Origin: Anaerohalosphaeraceae bacterium
GTDB taxonomy: Bacteria > Planctomycetota > Phycisphaerae > Sedimentisphaerales > Anaerohalosphaeraceae
Assembly (NCBI GenBank): GCA_050309605.1
Contig: JBNRMN010000063.1
Location: 46,758 to 110,757 of the forward strand
DNA: 64,000 bases
Direction of reading: 5' to 3'
Every line of letters starts with the position of its first letter. The first letter of the stretch is position 1. The translations under genes and the position numbers were made by a program. Positions 20,767-31,259 of this stretch are shown piece after piece. The notes below the pieces were generated by a model that did no database searches, was not told the DNA's origin, and saw only the letters and a list, made by a program, of their open reading frames with translations.

Positions 20767-21744
20767 TTATTCGCGGGTTTGGTTCAAACTCAGTCCGAAC
20801 GCCGTGGCCCAGTCCACGCGGCTGTTGCGGCGATCCACCATGCAGGCCGGGCCGTGGTTCATTTCCACTGCGCACAGCACATCGCCGACTTGCGCGGCGA
20901 CCTGCATCTGTCGGGCCAGTTCGGCGATTTTATCGCACAGATCATTCGACGCGCCGCTGCCGGCCAGAAACACCATCCGTTCAATCACCCCGCTGCCCGG
21001 AAGCGATTCATAATAACGAACACAGGCGTCAATCTCGGCCAGGAGCCGCTGCCGCATCGGTTCGCTGTCCAGATCCGCATAACCGATCGAGATCACACGT
21101 GCAAAAAGCAGATTGTCCGCCCGACAAATCACGACGTTGGTATGACGTGTTCCGACATCCAGTAAAATGGCGATCCGCTCCCGTTCATTGCGTCGGCGGC
21201 AGAAAAAGCCGGAATAACTCTGTATCAGCGCCGTCGGCCAGATGTTAATGCCCACGACGTTCAGGCCGGTTTTTTCATAGATCGCCAAATATCGATTGAC
21301 GGTTTCCCGTTCGGCGGCGACCACCAGCACATCGGCGTCCGATGCCTTGGCCTCCGGCTGTTCGATGACGATGTACTGAAGCAGCGCCTTGTCGGACGGA
21401 AACGGCAGGCGTTTTTGCACCTTCGGAAGGGCTGTTTCCGCCAGGCGATCCAGCGTCGAGCGAGGCACTTTGATCGGATCAATGAACAAATCATCCGACG
21501 GCAGGGCGGTCACGACATCTTTGCCTTTGAATTTGGCCTCATGCCAGATGTCCTTGATCGCTTCGATGGCCCAATGCTGCCAGGCGGGCGTGCGCACTTC
21601 GATCGACTCCGGTTTGGCGCGCAGGCCGGCCGAGACCAGGAACGGTCCCTGTCCGTTCATTCCCAACTGCGCCATCCGTAAATAGGTGCTTCCTAAATCC
21701 ACGCCTATCGGACAAATACGTTTTTTTCCGAAGTTGAACATCAT
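20767..21744 (-). CDS. pilM: type IV pilus assembly protein PilM
   Basis: IGVDLGS, LLDVGTRHT, FLAGSGA, ATAFGLSL (actin-like fold). Confidence 0.8.
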   Translation of the reverse strand: MMFNFGKKRICPIGVDLGSTYLRMAQLGMNGQGPFLVSAGLRAKPESIEVRTPAWQHWAIEAIKDIWHEAKFKGKDVVTALPSDDLFIDPIKVPRSTLDRLAETALPKVQKRLPFPSDKALLQYIVIEQPEAKASDADVLVVAAERETVNRYLAIYEKTGLNVVGINIWPTALIQSYSGFFCRRRNERERIAILLDVGTRHTNVVICRADNLLFARVISIGYADLDSEPMRQRLLAEIDACVRYYESLPGSGVIERMVFLAGSGASNDLCDKIAELARQMQVAAQVGDVLCAVEMNHGPACMVDRRNSRVDWATAFGLSLNQTRE

Positions 21745-22155
21745 CCGTTACGCTTTCTTTCAGACACCGCCCGCGGCTCCGGCGCCGCGGCGAGCAATTT
21801 GCTTTCATACGTTTCCGGCTGCCTTCTTGTCGTCTCGATTTGCCCTGAGCATTAGGACGGAGATGGTATCCGTCTGCAAATTTGCGGCCGTCTTTGACCT
21901 TGTATAATGTACGTAATATTTTGCATCGGGCAAAACCGCCGCGTACGGCCGGCCGGTTCCGCTAACGACCGATAACAAGCAAGGTGGCGGGGGTGATAGG
22001 GGCGGATGTTCGTCTGGTCGGATCGGTAAACCCCGAAGGGAGCGGTCGTGTCGAGATTTTCGCGTCGCCGGTACTGAGGAAGTATGACGGTTCAGTCAGG
22101 ATAAAAAAGTTGTCCCCCCACAGTCTGACGTCTCCGGCGTGTGTCCGATAACTTT

Positions 22156-23250
22156 TTAGTCCCGACAGGCCTTGGCCCGGTCAGCGCAGTAGCGGTCGGT
22201 CATTCCGGCGATGTAGTCGCAGACCGTTCGCTCCAGCCCTTCGGTGTCAATCAAGCCGCGATAGTAGCGCGGCATGGCGTCCGGCCGGCGGCACAGCGAG
22301 GTAAATAGGGTTCGCAGCCAGCGTCCGGCCTGTTCGGCCGAAGTCTGAAGGTCGGGATGCAGATACATCTGCTCCATCAGAAATGCCTCAAGCCGACACA
22401 AACCGGCTTCCGCTGAAGGACTGAGCCGCACCAATGCTTCCGGATAATCGGTCACTTGCCGCCACGTCTCAATGGGCGCTTGTGCCAGGGCGGTTCGGCT
22501 GGTTTCAATGGCGTCAATCGCCAGCCAATCCAGCATTCCTTTGGCCAGGCGCGTGCGGCGCACCACGAAATCCTCGATTCGGTCCAGCCGCTGACGCTCG
22601 GCCACCTGCATCACCAAATCCAGCTCGATTAGCTGTTCGTACTCAATCAGCCGTGCTCGGATGCCGTCTTCCAGATCGTGGCAGTTGTATGCGATGCGGT
22701 CGGCCAAATCAGCGATCTGGCCTTCGATTGTCGGACGCACCGGCCACTTTCCCTGTTCGGCGGGACGGTCATACGGCGAGCTGTGTTTCATCAATCCCAG
22801 CCGGGTTTCAAACATCAGATTCAGCCCTGCAAAATCCGGATAGGGGTGTTCGAGAAAATCCACGATTCGCAGTGCCTGGCGGTTATGCTCAAATCCGCCG
22901 CATGCGGCCGTCAGCTCATCGAGCACCGCCTCGCCGCTATGTCCGAACGGCGGATGTCCCAAATCGTGCGCCAGACAAATTGCCTCGGTCAGAATTTCGT
23001 TGACCCCCAGGTTGCGTGCCAGCGTTCGCCCGATCTGGGCCACTTCGATACTGTGAGTCAGCCGCGTCCGGTAATGGTCGTTCAGTCCGGTGGTAAAGAC
23101 CTGCGTTTTGCCCTCCAGCCTGCGAAACGCCGCACAATGAATAATGCGGTCGCGGTCGCGTTCAAACGCGCTGCGGTACGGATGAGCCGGCTCGTTATGC
23201 CGTCGGCCTCGGCTGTTGGATTCGCGAACGGCAAAGGGCGCATCCTGCAT
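22156..23250 (-). CDS. dgt: dGTP triphosphohydrolase-like HD protein
   Basis: FERDRDRIIH, FRRLEGKTQV, RTRLTHS, HDLGHPPFGHSGE, DYIAGMTD. Confidence 0.9.
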   Translation of the reverse strand: MQDAPFAVRESNSRGRRHNEPAHPYRSAFERDRDRIIHCAAFRRLEGKTQVFTTGLNDHYRTRLTHSIEVAQIGRTLARNLGVNEILTEAICLAHDLGHPPFGHSGEAVLDELTAACGGFEHNRQALRIVDFLEHPYPDFAGLNLMFETRLGLMKHSSPYDRPAEQGKWPVRPTIEGQIADLADRIAYNCHDLEDGIRARLIEYEQLIELDLVMQVAERQRLDRIEDFVVRRTRLAKGMLDWLAIDAIETSRTALAQAPIETWRQVTDYPEALVRLSPSAEAGLCRLEAFLMEQMYLHPDLQTSAEQAGRWLRTLFTSLCRRPDAMPRYYRGLIDTEGLERTVCDYIAGMTDRYCADRAKACRD

Positions 23251-23257
23251 AACGGTC

Positions 23258-23794
23258 TTATCCTCCCGGCCCGCCGCCGATGGAAAGGGTCTTGCCGATG
23301 TCAACGAGCTGGCGGTACAGTTCGTCCAGTCCCTGACTGATGACGTCTGTATCACTGCACACGTGCATATAATTCGTATCGCCGTTCCATCGCGGCACGA
23401 CGTGGATATGCACATGGCCGGGCAGTCCCGCTCCGGCGCAGCGGCCAAAATTCATCCCCACGTTGAATCCGTGCGGACCGATGGCCGTTTTTAACACCCG
23501 CTGGCTGTCGCGCACCAGCCGCATCAGTGCCAGCAGTTCTTCGTCCGTCGCCTGATCCAGATCCGGAACATGGCGCGTCGGGGCAATCAGCAGATGACCA
23601 TTGTTATAGGGGAACTTGTTGAAAACGACGATGGCGTGGGCGGTGCGCCACAGGACGTAATTGTCGGCGTCTTTGTCCGGCGTCGCCAGATAATCGCACA
23701 AAAAACAATCACTCTGGCCGCTTAGTCCCTGAATGTATTTGATGCGCCACGGCGCCCACAGATTGTTGCGTTCCAACGGCCCGTATTCACTCAT
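23258..23794 (-). CDS. HIT family hydrolase
   Basis: LWAPWR, CFLC, PYNNGHLL, HVHIHVVPRW. Confidence 0.9.
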   Translation of the reverse strand: MSEYGPLERNNLWAPWRIKYIQGLSGQSDCFLCDYLATPDKDADNYVLWRTAHAIVVFNKFPYNNGHLLIAPTRHVPDLDQATDEELLALMRLVRDSQRVLKTAIGPHGFNVGMNFGRCAGAGLPGHVHIHVVPRWNGDTNYMHVCSDTDVISQGLDELYRQLVDIGKTLSIGGGPGG

Positions 23795-24792
23795 TTCAGC
23801 AGCTCAATAGAGATGGTTTGCTCGACGTTGAGAACCGGTTTGGAATCGCCCAGCGGCAGCATAAAGTCGGCCAGGACCTTCATCGTGTACGCCTGATGGT
23901 CTTTTTCAAGGATGCCCCGGTCGATATTGAACACCTGTGTTCCGCCGCCGCTGATGGATTCAAAGCGATACCGCCGCAAAAAACCGAACAGCCCGCGCAT
24001 CTGAAAGGTTCCTTCATAAGGCAGCGGAATATCCCTCAAAAAGTCATCCGTCAGTTCATACGTGCCGGTGATACGGGCTTGTCGTTGATTGTTTTCTTCG
24101 GTGATCTCTTCCAGTGTGTACGTCGTGATCCGCGTGGGCGGATTCGGCACCGGCGCCGGCCAGGGCAGCAGCTGCCGTGTCTGCCAGCGTGATCCGGCGG
24201 ACAATCCGCTCAGCGGTTCGTCAATCGAGGCGATGGTGTCCCACACGTACCACTGGAGGGCGATCAAATCGCTGATCATATCCGGATCTTTGACGCGCCC
24301 GGCCGAGGCGCGCGTCTGGGCAAAGGCCTTGTCGCCCAATTCACGAACGACGCGCTTGAAATCCGTCATATCTTCAATCTGTCCGGTCGGCGTCAGGGTC
24401 AGTGTAAACGGCAATTCCGGAAGCGATTCGACGGCGTCGCTTGTTCCGTTGCGACCCGAAAAAGTCGTTCGCGTTACCTTGGCCGATTCGCAGGTCACGT
24501 TGAGCCGGGTCAATCCGAACAGATCGACCTCGACGGGGGTATAAACCATCACCAGCTCCAGCCGTTCGGTCATGGTCTGCGGAGCCGATTGCCGGGCGCC
24601 GGACTCGCCTTTCAGGTCAATGCGGGTTTGACGCTGCGAGATCATCCGGTAACGCAGCGGCTGGTGTTCTTCAAAGTTGACCAGCAGCAGCTCGCCGGTC
24701 ACGGACGGTCCCCCGCAGCCGCTGAGCACAAGAACCGCCGCAAGGCAGAGGCAACAAAACAGTCTTGAATGCACGCTCGATCCTTCGTTCAA
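23791..24792 (-). CDS. hypothetical lipoprotein (DUF6263-like), paralog of the next gene
   Basis: Lipobox LSGC; beta-rich; LTLTPTGQI and G.SWQ segments shared with its neighbour. Confidence 0.65.
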   Translation of the reverse strand: MNEGSSVHSRLFCCLCLAAVLVLSGCGGPSVTGELLLVNFEEHQPLRYRMISQRQTRIDLKGESGARQSAPQTMTERLELVMVYTPVEVDLFGLTRLNVTCESAKVTRTTFSGRNGTSDAVESLPELPFTLTLTPTGQIEDMTDFKRVVRELGDKAFAQTRASAGRVKDPDMISDLIALQWYVWDTIASIDEPLSGLSAGSRWQTRQLLPWPAPVPNPPTRITTYTLEEITEENNQRQARITGTYELTDDFLRDIPLPYEGTFQMRGLFGFLRRYRFESISGGGTQVFNIDRGILEKDHQAYTMKVLADFMLPLGDSKPVLNVEQTISIELLK

Positions 24793-25758
24793 TCAGGGTT
24801 GCAGTTTTTTCATCGAAATACGATGCGTAAACCGCATAATCAGCGTGTCCGGCACGGCGCCTTCCGGTGCGTTGGAGGGCATTTCCTGGGCCAGATAGGT
24901 GCTGATCAGCGTCTCGTCGTATTCAAGGACATCGCCGTTTTCCATATCCAGCAGCAGTGTGCCGGTGTAGTCGTCCTGGCTGTCGAACATGCGGGCAAAA
25001 AATCCCATCCCTGCGGCGGAGATCTGCCCCTGCTCCGGCGCCGGCTCAGCGCTTTCCATCGCGTTCATTTCAATGACGGCGACGTTTCGTCCGTTTTGTG
25101 TTTCAATCCCTTTGAGGGTATAGACCTTTTCAAAGCTCTTGGGCGACAGCAGGCCCGGCGGTGAAGGTTCAATCTGCCGCCAGGACTTTTTGACCGCCAC
25201 AGAATCGCCGTTAATGCCCCACAGCGCGGGGATCTGATGGCGTTCACGAATGCCTTCTTCGTTGACCAAACGCTCGGCCAGACGCCCTTCGAATCCGGCG
25301 GTAACCGCTTTTTGGGCGGCTTGGGAGTCAAAACCGACCACCTTGCCCTCCGGCGAAATCCGAACCGTGTAGCGCTGGCCAATCAGCCGCATCAGCGGGT
25401 TGCCTCGATCCGCCTCGCGGGTGCTGTCAAACACAAGCCGCTCTTCGTTTTTATTGGTCATATAGACTGACAAACGGTCAATCGTGACCGCACAGGTGGC
25501 CACGCCCTGGTCGTCCACGTCAGCGACCGTTTGCGTGTAACCGACCCGGATCAGGGTCTTGGTCTGCTCTTCGCGCAGTTTATCCATCGTCGGCTGTTCA
25601 AAACGAAAATCTTTGGTCACTTCGGTGGTGATCTCGTAGGAAGCCGTTGATTCGGGAGTAAATTGAAGCGCCACCCGGGCCGAAGGACCGCACCCCGAGA
25701 CCACTGTCAACAGAACCAAGGCGACCGACGCTGCGATGAGACTTGTTTTGCCCGACAT
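24793..25758 (-). CDS. hypothetical lipoprotein (DUF6263-like)
   Basis: Lipobox VSGC; FDS, VRISPEGKV, KKSW; AGGAG RBS. Confidence 0.7.
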   Translation of the reverse strand: MSGKTSLIAASVALVLLTVVSGCGPSARVALQFTPESTASYEITTEVTKDFRFEQPTMDKLREEQTKTLIRVGYTQTVADVDDQGVATCAVTIDRLSVYMTNKNEERLVFDSTREADRGNPLMRLIGQRYTVRISPEGKVVGFDSQAAQKAVTAGFEGRLAERLVNEEGIRERHQIPALWGINGDSVAVKKSWRQIEPSPPGLLSPKSFEKVYTLKGIETQNGRNVAVIEMNAMESAEPAPEQGQISAAGMGFFARMFDSQDDYTGTLLLDMENGDVLEYDETLISTYLAQEMPSNAPEGAVPDTLIMRFTHRISMKKLQP

Positions 25759-26047
25759 AATGTTCTCCTTAGAAAACCGGTATAACCTCTGCGTTTGCAT
25801 CAACATTAGATGCAATTATAGCCCCTTGGCGCGCCCTTGACAACAGATAAATAGCGGATTTAACAGGAATTCCGAAAAGTTGCCTCCGTGAATGGATCGC
25901 CCGTTCATTCCGGCTCGAGTCGAAGATGCCGGTGTTTTTCAGGATTTTTGGGTTTGTCTATCCTTCCGGAGCGACTATACTTTTTATCTTACGACCGTAA
26001 TGGATGATAAGCGAACATCGATTTCTGAGATTATGGAGATTGAGACT

Positions 26048-27718
26048 ATGAAAAGTGACGCCGTTAAAGAGGGTTTTCAGCGTGCCCCGCATCGGGCGCT
26101 GCTGCGTGCCTGCGGATTAAAGTCAGAAGATGTCAGGAAACCGTTTATTGCCATTGCCAACAGCTACTGCGACATTGTCCCCGGCCATGTGCACCTGCAC
26201 GAGGTGGCCAAGGTAGTCAAACAGGCAGTGCGCGACGCCGGCGGCATTCCGTTCGAGTTCAACAGCATTGCCGTTTGCGACGGTATCGCTATGGGACACG
26301 GCGGAATGAAATACTCCCTGCCGTCGCGTGAGATCATCGCCGATGCGGTCGAAACGATGTGCCGGGCGCATTGCTTTGACGGGATGATCTGTATCCCCAA
26401 TTGCGACAAAGTTGTGCCCGGTATGCTGATGGCCGCGATGCGGATTAACATCCCGACGCTGTTTGTTTCCGGTGGGCCGATGAAAGCCGGCAAGACCAAA
26501 GACGGTAAGTCGGCCGATTTAATCACGATTTTTGAAGGGGTCGCCGCCTACAACGCCGGCACAATCACCGAAGACCGTCTGACCGAGCTGGAATGTGCCG
26601 GCTGCCCGACCCAGGGCAGTTGTTCGGGGATGTTCACTGCCAACAGTATGAACTGTCTGTGCGAGGCCATCGGGCTGGCCCTGCCGGGCAATGGAACCAT
26701 CCTGGCGGTCGATCCGAAACGTCAGGAATTGTACAAAAAAGCGGGCCGACGGATCGTCGAATTGGTCAAAGAAGACCTCAAACCGCTCGATATTGTCTCA
26801 GAAAAGTCGATAGACAATGCCTTTGTTCTTGATATGGCCATGGGCGGCTCGACCAATACCGTCCTGCACACGCTGGCGATTGCCAACGAAGCGGGAATTC
26901 GATACGATCTCGACCGGATCAATACCATCAGCGACAAATGTCCCAATATCTGCAAGGTCTCCCCGTCCAGCGACTGGCACATTGAGGATGTCGATGCCGC
27001 CGGCGGTATCAGTGCCATTCTAAAGGAAATCAGCACGATTCCGGGTCTGCTGCACACCGACAGCAAGACCGTAACCGGCAAAACCCTCGGCCAAAACATC
27101 GCTGATGCGGAGATTAAGAATACCGACTGTATCCACAAAGTCGCTGAGGCCTACTCAAAAACCGGCGGCCTGGCCATCCTGCGCGGGAATCTGGCCCCGA
27201 ACGGCTGCGTGGTCAAATCCGCCGGCGTGGCCTCGTCGATGCTCAAACATTCCGGCCCGGCGGTCATTTTTGAAAGCCAGGAAGAGGCCTGTGAGGGAAT
27301 CCTGGCCGGCAAGGTCAAACCCGGCGACGTGGTCATCATCCGTTACGAAGGCCCCAAGGGCGGCCCCGGCATGCAGGAAATGCTTAGCCCCACCAGCTAT
27401 ATTATGGGCGCCGGGCTGGGCGAATCAGTCGCATTGATTACCGACGGGCGGTTTTCCGGCGGCACGCGCGGCGCGTGCATCGGCCATGTCAGCCCTGAAG
27501 CCGCCGTCGGCGGGCCGATTGCGCTGCTGGAGCCGGGCGATACGGTCAGCATCGATATTCCCGCCCGCACGATTCGCGTCGAGCTGTCAGACGACGCGTT
27601 GGCCAAACGCAAAGCCGCCTGGACGCCCCGACCGCCGCGCATCACCTACGGCGCCTTGGGCAAATACGCTGCTATGGCCACCAGCGCCGACACGGGCGGC
27701 GTCTTGAAGTGGGACTAA
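26048..27718 (+). CDS. ilvD: dihydroxy-acid dehydratase
   Basis: [52 protein letters not shown]. Confidence 0.97.
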   Translation: MKSDAVKEGFQRAPHRALLRACGLKSEDVRKPFIAIANSYCDIVPGHVHLHEVAKVVKQAVRDAGGIPFEFNSIAVCDGIAMGHGGMKYSLPSREIIADAVETMCRAHCFDGMICIPNCDKVVPGMLMAAMRINIPTLFVSGGPMKAGKTKDGKSADLITIFEGVAAYNAGTITEDRLTELECAGCPTQGSCSGMFTANSMNCLCEAIGLALPGNGTILAVDPKRQELYKKAGRRIVELVKEDLKPLDIVSEKSIDNAFVLDMAMGGSTNTVLHTLAIANEAGIRYDLDRINTISDKCPNICKVSPSSDWHIEDVDAAGGISAILKEISTIPGLLHTDSKTVTGKTLGQNIADAEIKNTDCIHKVAEAYSKTGGLAILRGNLAPNGCVVKSAGVASSMLKHSGPAVIFESQEEACEGILAGKVKPGDVVIIRYEGPKGGPGMQEMLSPTSYIMGAGLGESVALITDGRFSGGTRGACIGHVSPEAAVGGPIALLEPGDTVSIDIPARTIRVELSDDALAKRKAAWTPRPPRITYGALGKYAAMATSADTGGVLKWD

Positions 27719-27763
27719 AAAAACGCTTATCGATGTGCTTCGAGAACAACCACAGGGGAATAG

Positions 27764-29185
27764 ATGCAGACGCTGAATGTTGATGTGGCGGTCATCGGGG
27801 CCGGTACGGCCGGACTGGTGGCGCTGCGGGAAATCCGTCAGGTTACCGACCGATTTGTGCTGATTCAGGACGGCCCGATGGGCACGACCTGCGCCCGGGT
27901 GGGCTGTATGCCCTCCAAGGTCCTGATCCAGACGGCCGAGGACTATCACCGTCGCACGGCATTGGCCAAAAAAGGCATCCAAAATGCCGACGCGCTGCGA
28001 GTGGACGGCGCTGAGGTAATGCGCTATGTGCGAAAATTGCGCGATTATTTTACGGATGGAATGATTGAAAAAACGCGGCGTTTCGGCGACAAGCTGATCC
28101 GGGGACGGGCCCGTTTCCTGGATGTCCATCGTCTGGAGGCCGCCGGACGTATCATTGAGGCCAAACGCATTATCATCGCGACCGGCTCGCGTCCCATTGT
28201 GCCCAAGCCGTGGGCGGCCCTGGGCAATCGGGTTCTGACCAGTGATACCATTTTTGAAATCGATACCCTGCCCAAATCGCTGGCCGTGATCGGATTGGGC
28301 GTCATCGGCGCCGAACTGGGCCAGGCGATGGGGCGTTTGGGGGTGGACGTGGTCGGCATTGCCCGCTCCGGACGCATCGCCGGATTGTCCGATCCGGAAG
28401 TTACCGCCTCGGCGGTTGACGCGCTCTCACAGGACATGACACTCTGGAGCGGTTATACCGCCCAGATTTCCGCCGACGGCAACATGCTCAGCGTCAGTGC
28501 CGGCCCGTACAAAAAAGAAGTCCAGGCAATTCTGGTCAGCGTCGGACGTCGGCCCAACGTCGATGATTTGGGGCTGGAGCGGCTGGGTGTAAAGATGGAT
28601 GACAAGGGCGTCCCGCGATACAATCCGGAGACCCTGCAAGTCGGCGATTTGCCGATTTTCATTGCCGGCGACGCCAACGCCAAAGACCCCATCCTGCACG
28701 AGGCCTGGGACGACGGACGGGTGGCCGGGTATAACGCCGTGCGCGACGAGCCGGCCTGTTTCAAACGCCGCACCCCGCTGAAGATCACGTTTACCGACCC
28801 GAACATCGTCCTGGTCGGCAGGCACTGCGATCAACTGGACATCGATTCGTGTGTGGTGGGGCGCGTGGACTTTGCCGACCAGGGGCGTGCACTGATTCAG
28901 GACAAAAATCACGGCCTGTTGAAACTGTACGCAGACCCGAAGTCCGGCAGGCTGTTGGGCGCTGAACTGTGCGCCCCGGCCGGTGAACATCTCGGCCATC
29001 TGCTGGCCTGGGCCATTCAGCGGGAAATGACCGTCTTTGACGCGCTGCGGATGCCTTTTTATCATCCGGTCATTGAGGAAGGACTCCGCTCGGCCCTGCA
29101 GGCGATGACCGCCGACATCGCCGAACCGCCGCACTTTCCCGAACTGGCCTTCTGCGACGAATCGCCGACCTCGCCGTTATCGTAG
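27764..29185 (+). CDS. dihydrolipoyl dehydrogenase-family flavoprotein
   Basis: IGAGTAG, GTTCARVGCMPSK redox disulfide, IGLGVIG, YHPVIEE. Confidence 0.9.
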   Translation: MQTLNVDVAVIGAGTAGLVALREIRQVTDRFVLIQDGPMGTTCARVGCMPSKVLIQTAEDYHRRTALAKKGIQNADALRVDGAEVMRYVRKLRDYFTDGMIEKTRRFGDKLIRGRARFLDVHRLEAAGRIIEAKRIIIATGSRPIVPKPWAALGNRVLTSDTIFEIDTLPKSLAVIGLGVIGAELGQAMGRLGVDVVGIARSGRIAGLSDPEVTASAVDALSQDMTLWSGYTAQISADGNMLSVSAGPYKKEVQAILVSVGRRPNVDDLGLERLGVKMDDKGVPRYNPETLQVGDLPIFIAGDANAKDPILHEAWDDGRVAGYNAVRDEPACFKRRTPLKITFTDPNIVLVGRHCDQLDIDSCVVGRVDFADQGRALIQDKNHGLLKLYADPKSGRLLGAELCAPAGEHLGHLLAWAIQREMTVFDALRMPFYHPVIEEGLRSALQAMTADIAEPPHFPELAFCDESPTSPLS

Positions 29186-29213
29186 CGTCAGAAGCCAGAA
29201 GACCGGCGGCTTG

Positions 29214-31229
29214 TCACAGCGCATCAAAACGCGCGGCGGTGACAATTTCCATACGGCATTCGGGAATCGCGGCCAGAAACTGCCGGCCGTAGTGTTTCTG
29301 GACGATACGGCTGTCCAGAACAACAACCATACCCGTATCACTCTTGCTGCGAATCAATCGGCCGAAGCCCTGCTTGAACTTGATAATCGCCATCGGGAGC
29401 TGATACTCCATAAACGGATTCTGGCCGTGTTGGCGCATCCGCTCGATGCGTCCCTGAATCAGCGGGTGGCTGGGCACGGCAAACGGCAGCCGCACGATGA
29501 TGACATTCGACAGTGCCTCGCCGGGCACATCGACACCCTGCCAGAAGCTGTCGGTGCCGAATAAAACGTATCGCCCATCCTGCTTAAACAGGTTCAGCAT
29601 CCGGTCGCGATCCAGACCGCTTCCCTGGGCCAGCAGTTTCATCTCCTGCCGGTCAAGCCAGTCTTCGAGCCGCTCGGCTGTTTGCCGCAGCATCGCATAG
29701 CTGGTAAACAGCACAAACGCCCGCCCTTGACTTTTGAGCAGGTACTTTTGAATGGTGTTCGCGGCCTTGTCGATAAAGTCCGGCGCATTGGGGTCGGGCA
29801 TGTCCGCCTCAATGTACAAGGTGACCTGACGCGCATAGTCAAACGGCGAGCCGACCTGCAGGGCCTCAAATGTATCCAGCCCGATCCGCTCGGCAAAGAA
29901 GGCAAAGCCTTGTTTGTTCGCCTGCCCGCAACTGAGTGTTGCGCTGGTCAAAATCACAGCCTTGTGCGGCCCGAACAGCCGCTGGCGCAAATACGGCGCC
30001 ACATCCAGCGGGGCGGCCCGCAGCGTAATGCGTCTGTATTTGCCGTTTTCCGCCTCGACCCAATAGATGCAGTCCTCCCGTGTTTGCTGCAGAAAGTCGC
30101 GCAAATCCGCCTCCGTCTCCGCCAATCGGTCGATGCTGCGGCCCAACTCAAACTTGTCTTCTTCATCCTTGAGCGACTTGACCAAACGCACCAGGCTCAG
30201 CCGCAGTTCTTTGAGCGAGCCGGACAGATTGTCATCCACAAAGCCCGCCTCGCACCGTCCGCCGGTCTCCTCGCCGGCATGGGCAAACCAGGCCTGCACC
30301 TGTGCAAAAAAGACCTGCTGGGCCGTGCGGCACTGCCGAACGCACCGGCGGGCCTCGTCGGCGTCATTGAGCCAGGCCAGCAGACCCCGCCGCCGCCGCA
30401 CATGATACAGCCGATCCAGCAGCGAGGCGATGGTGTATTGACTGATATGGATACCGAAATGCTCCTCGGCGACATGCTCGATGGTATGCGCCTCGTCGAG
30501 CACGATATAGTCGTAATCGGGAAGCACCCCGACTCCTTCGCTCTTCAGTGCCAGATCGCTGAACAACAGGGCGTGATTGGCGACGATGATATCCGCCGCT
30601 TCAAGCTGCCGCCGTGCCCGCCAGTAAAAACACCGGCTGTAATAACCGCACTGTCGCCCCTTGCAGTTGCCGTGTTCGCTCTGAACCGCCTGCCAGACCT
30701 GCGGCGAGGGCAGTTCGGGCAGGTCGCTGAGTGTGCCGTCTTCGGTGCGGGCGGCCCAATCGGCAATCGCGATCAGTTCCACGCCGCTGTCGTCAAACAA
30801 GCGCTGCTGACGATGTTTGGCGTAGTCCAGCCGACGTTTGCACAGATAATGGCCGCGGCCTTTGGCCAGACGGACAACAACAGCCTCATCCAGCAGTGCT
30901 TCGAGAAAAGGAATGTCTTTCTGAACAAGCTGCTGCTGAAGATTGATGGTGTACGTGCTGATGACCACACGGCCGGCCTTGCGCAGCGCGACATCCATCG
31001 CCGCAGCCAAATAGGCAAAGCTCTTGCCCACGCCGGTGCCGGCCTCGACCGCCAGGTGAAAGTGTTCACGAAAGGCCTGCTGCGCACGCCGGGCCATCGC
31101 GAGCTGCTGCGGCCGCGATTCAAAACAGGCCCATTGCCGGGCCGCCCGTCCCTGCTCACCCAGCAGTGTTTCGGCGTCAAGTCCGCTTGGTTGTTCGGCA
31201 AACGAAATCACCCGCAGTCCCCCGGACAC
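29214..31229 (-). CDS. ATP-dependent DNA helicase, DinG/YoaA family
   Basis: EAGTGVGKS, KGRGHYLC, Fe-S cysteines, DEAH, LFTSY, FWQGVDVPG, QGFGRLIR. Confidence 0.92.
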   Translation of the reverse strand: MSGGLRVISFAEQPSGLDAETLLGEQGRAARQWACFESRPQQLAMARRAQQAFREHFHLAVEAGTGVGKSFAYLAAAMDVALRKAGRVVISTYTINLQQQLVQKDIPFLEALLDEAVVVRLAKGRGHYLCKRRLDYAKHRQQRLFDDSGVELIAIADWAARTEDGTLSDLPELPSPQVWQAVQSEHGNCKGRQCGYYSRCFYWRARRQLEAADIIVANHALLFSDLALKSEGVGVLPDYDYIVLDEAHTIEHVAEEHFGIHISQYTIASLLDRLYHVRRRRGLLAWLNDADEARRCVRQCRTAQQVFFAQVQAWFAHAGEETGGRCEAGFVDDNLSGSLKELRLSLVRLVKSLKDEEDKFELGRSIDRLAETEADLRDFLQQTREDCIYWVEAENGKYRRITLRAAPLDVAPYLRQRLFGPHKAVILTSATLSCGQANKQGFAFFAERIGLDTFEALQVGSPFDYARQVTLYIEADMPDPNAPDFIDKAANTIQKYLLKSQGRAFVLFTSYAMLRQTAERLEDWLDRQEMKLLAQGSGLDRDRMLNLFKQDGRYVLFGTDSFWQGVDVPGEALSNVIIVRLPFAVPSHPLIQGRIERMRQHGQNPFMEYQLPMAIIKFKQGFGRLIRSKSDTGMVVVLDSRIVQKHYGRQFLAAIPECRMEIVTAARFDAL

Positions 31230-31259
31230 GCAACATCCATCATGGCGGCGGCCTTCCGC

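Noticed and set aside
21745..22155. c-di-GMP riboswitch or sigma28 promoter upstream of pilM
   Set aside because: Only weak CCGAT-like matches; I could not support the consensus of either.
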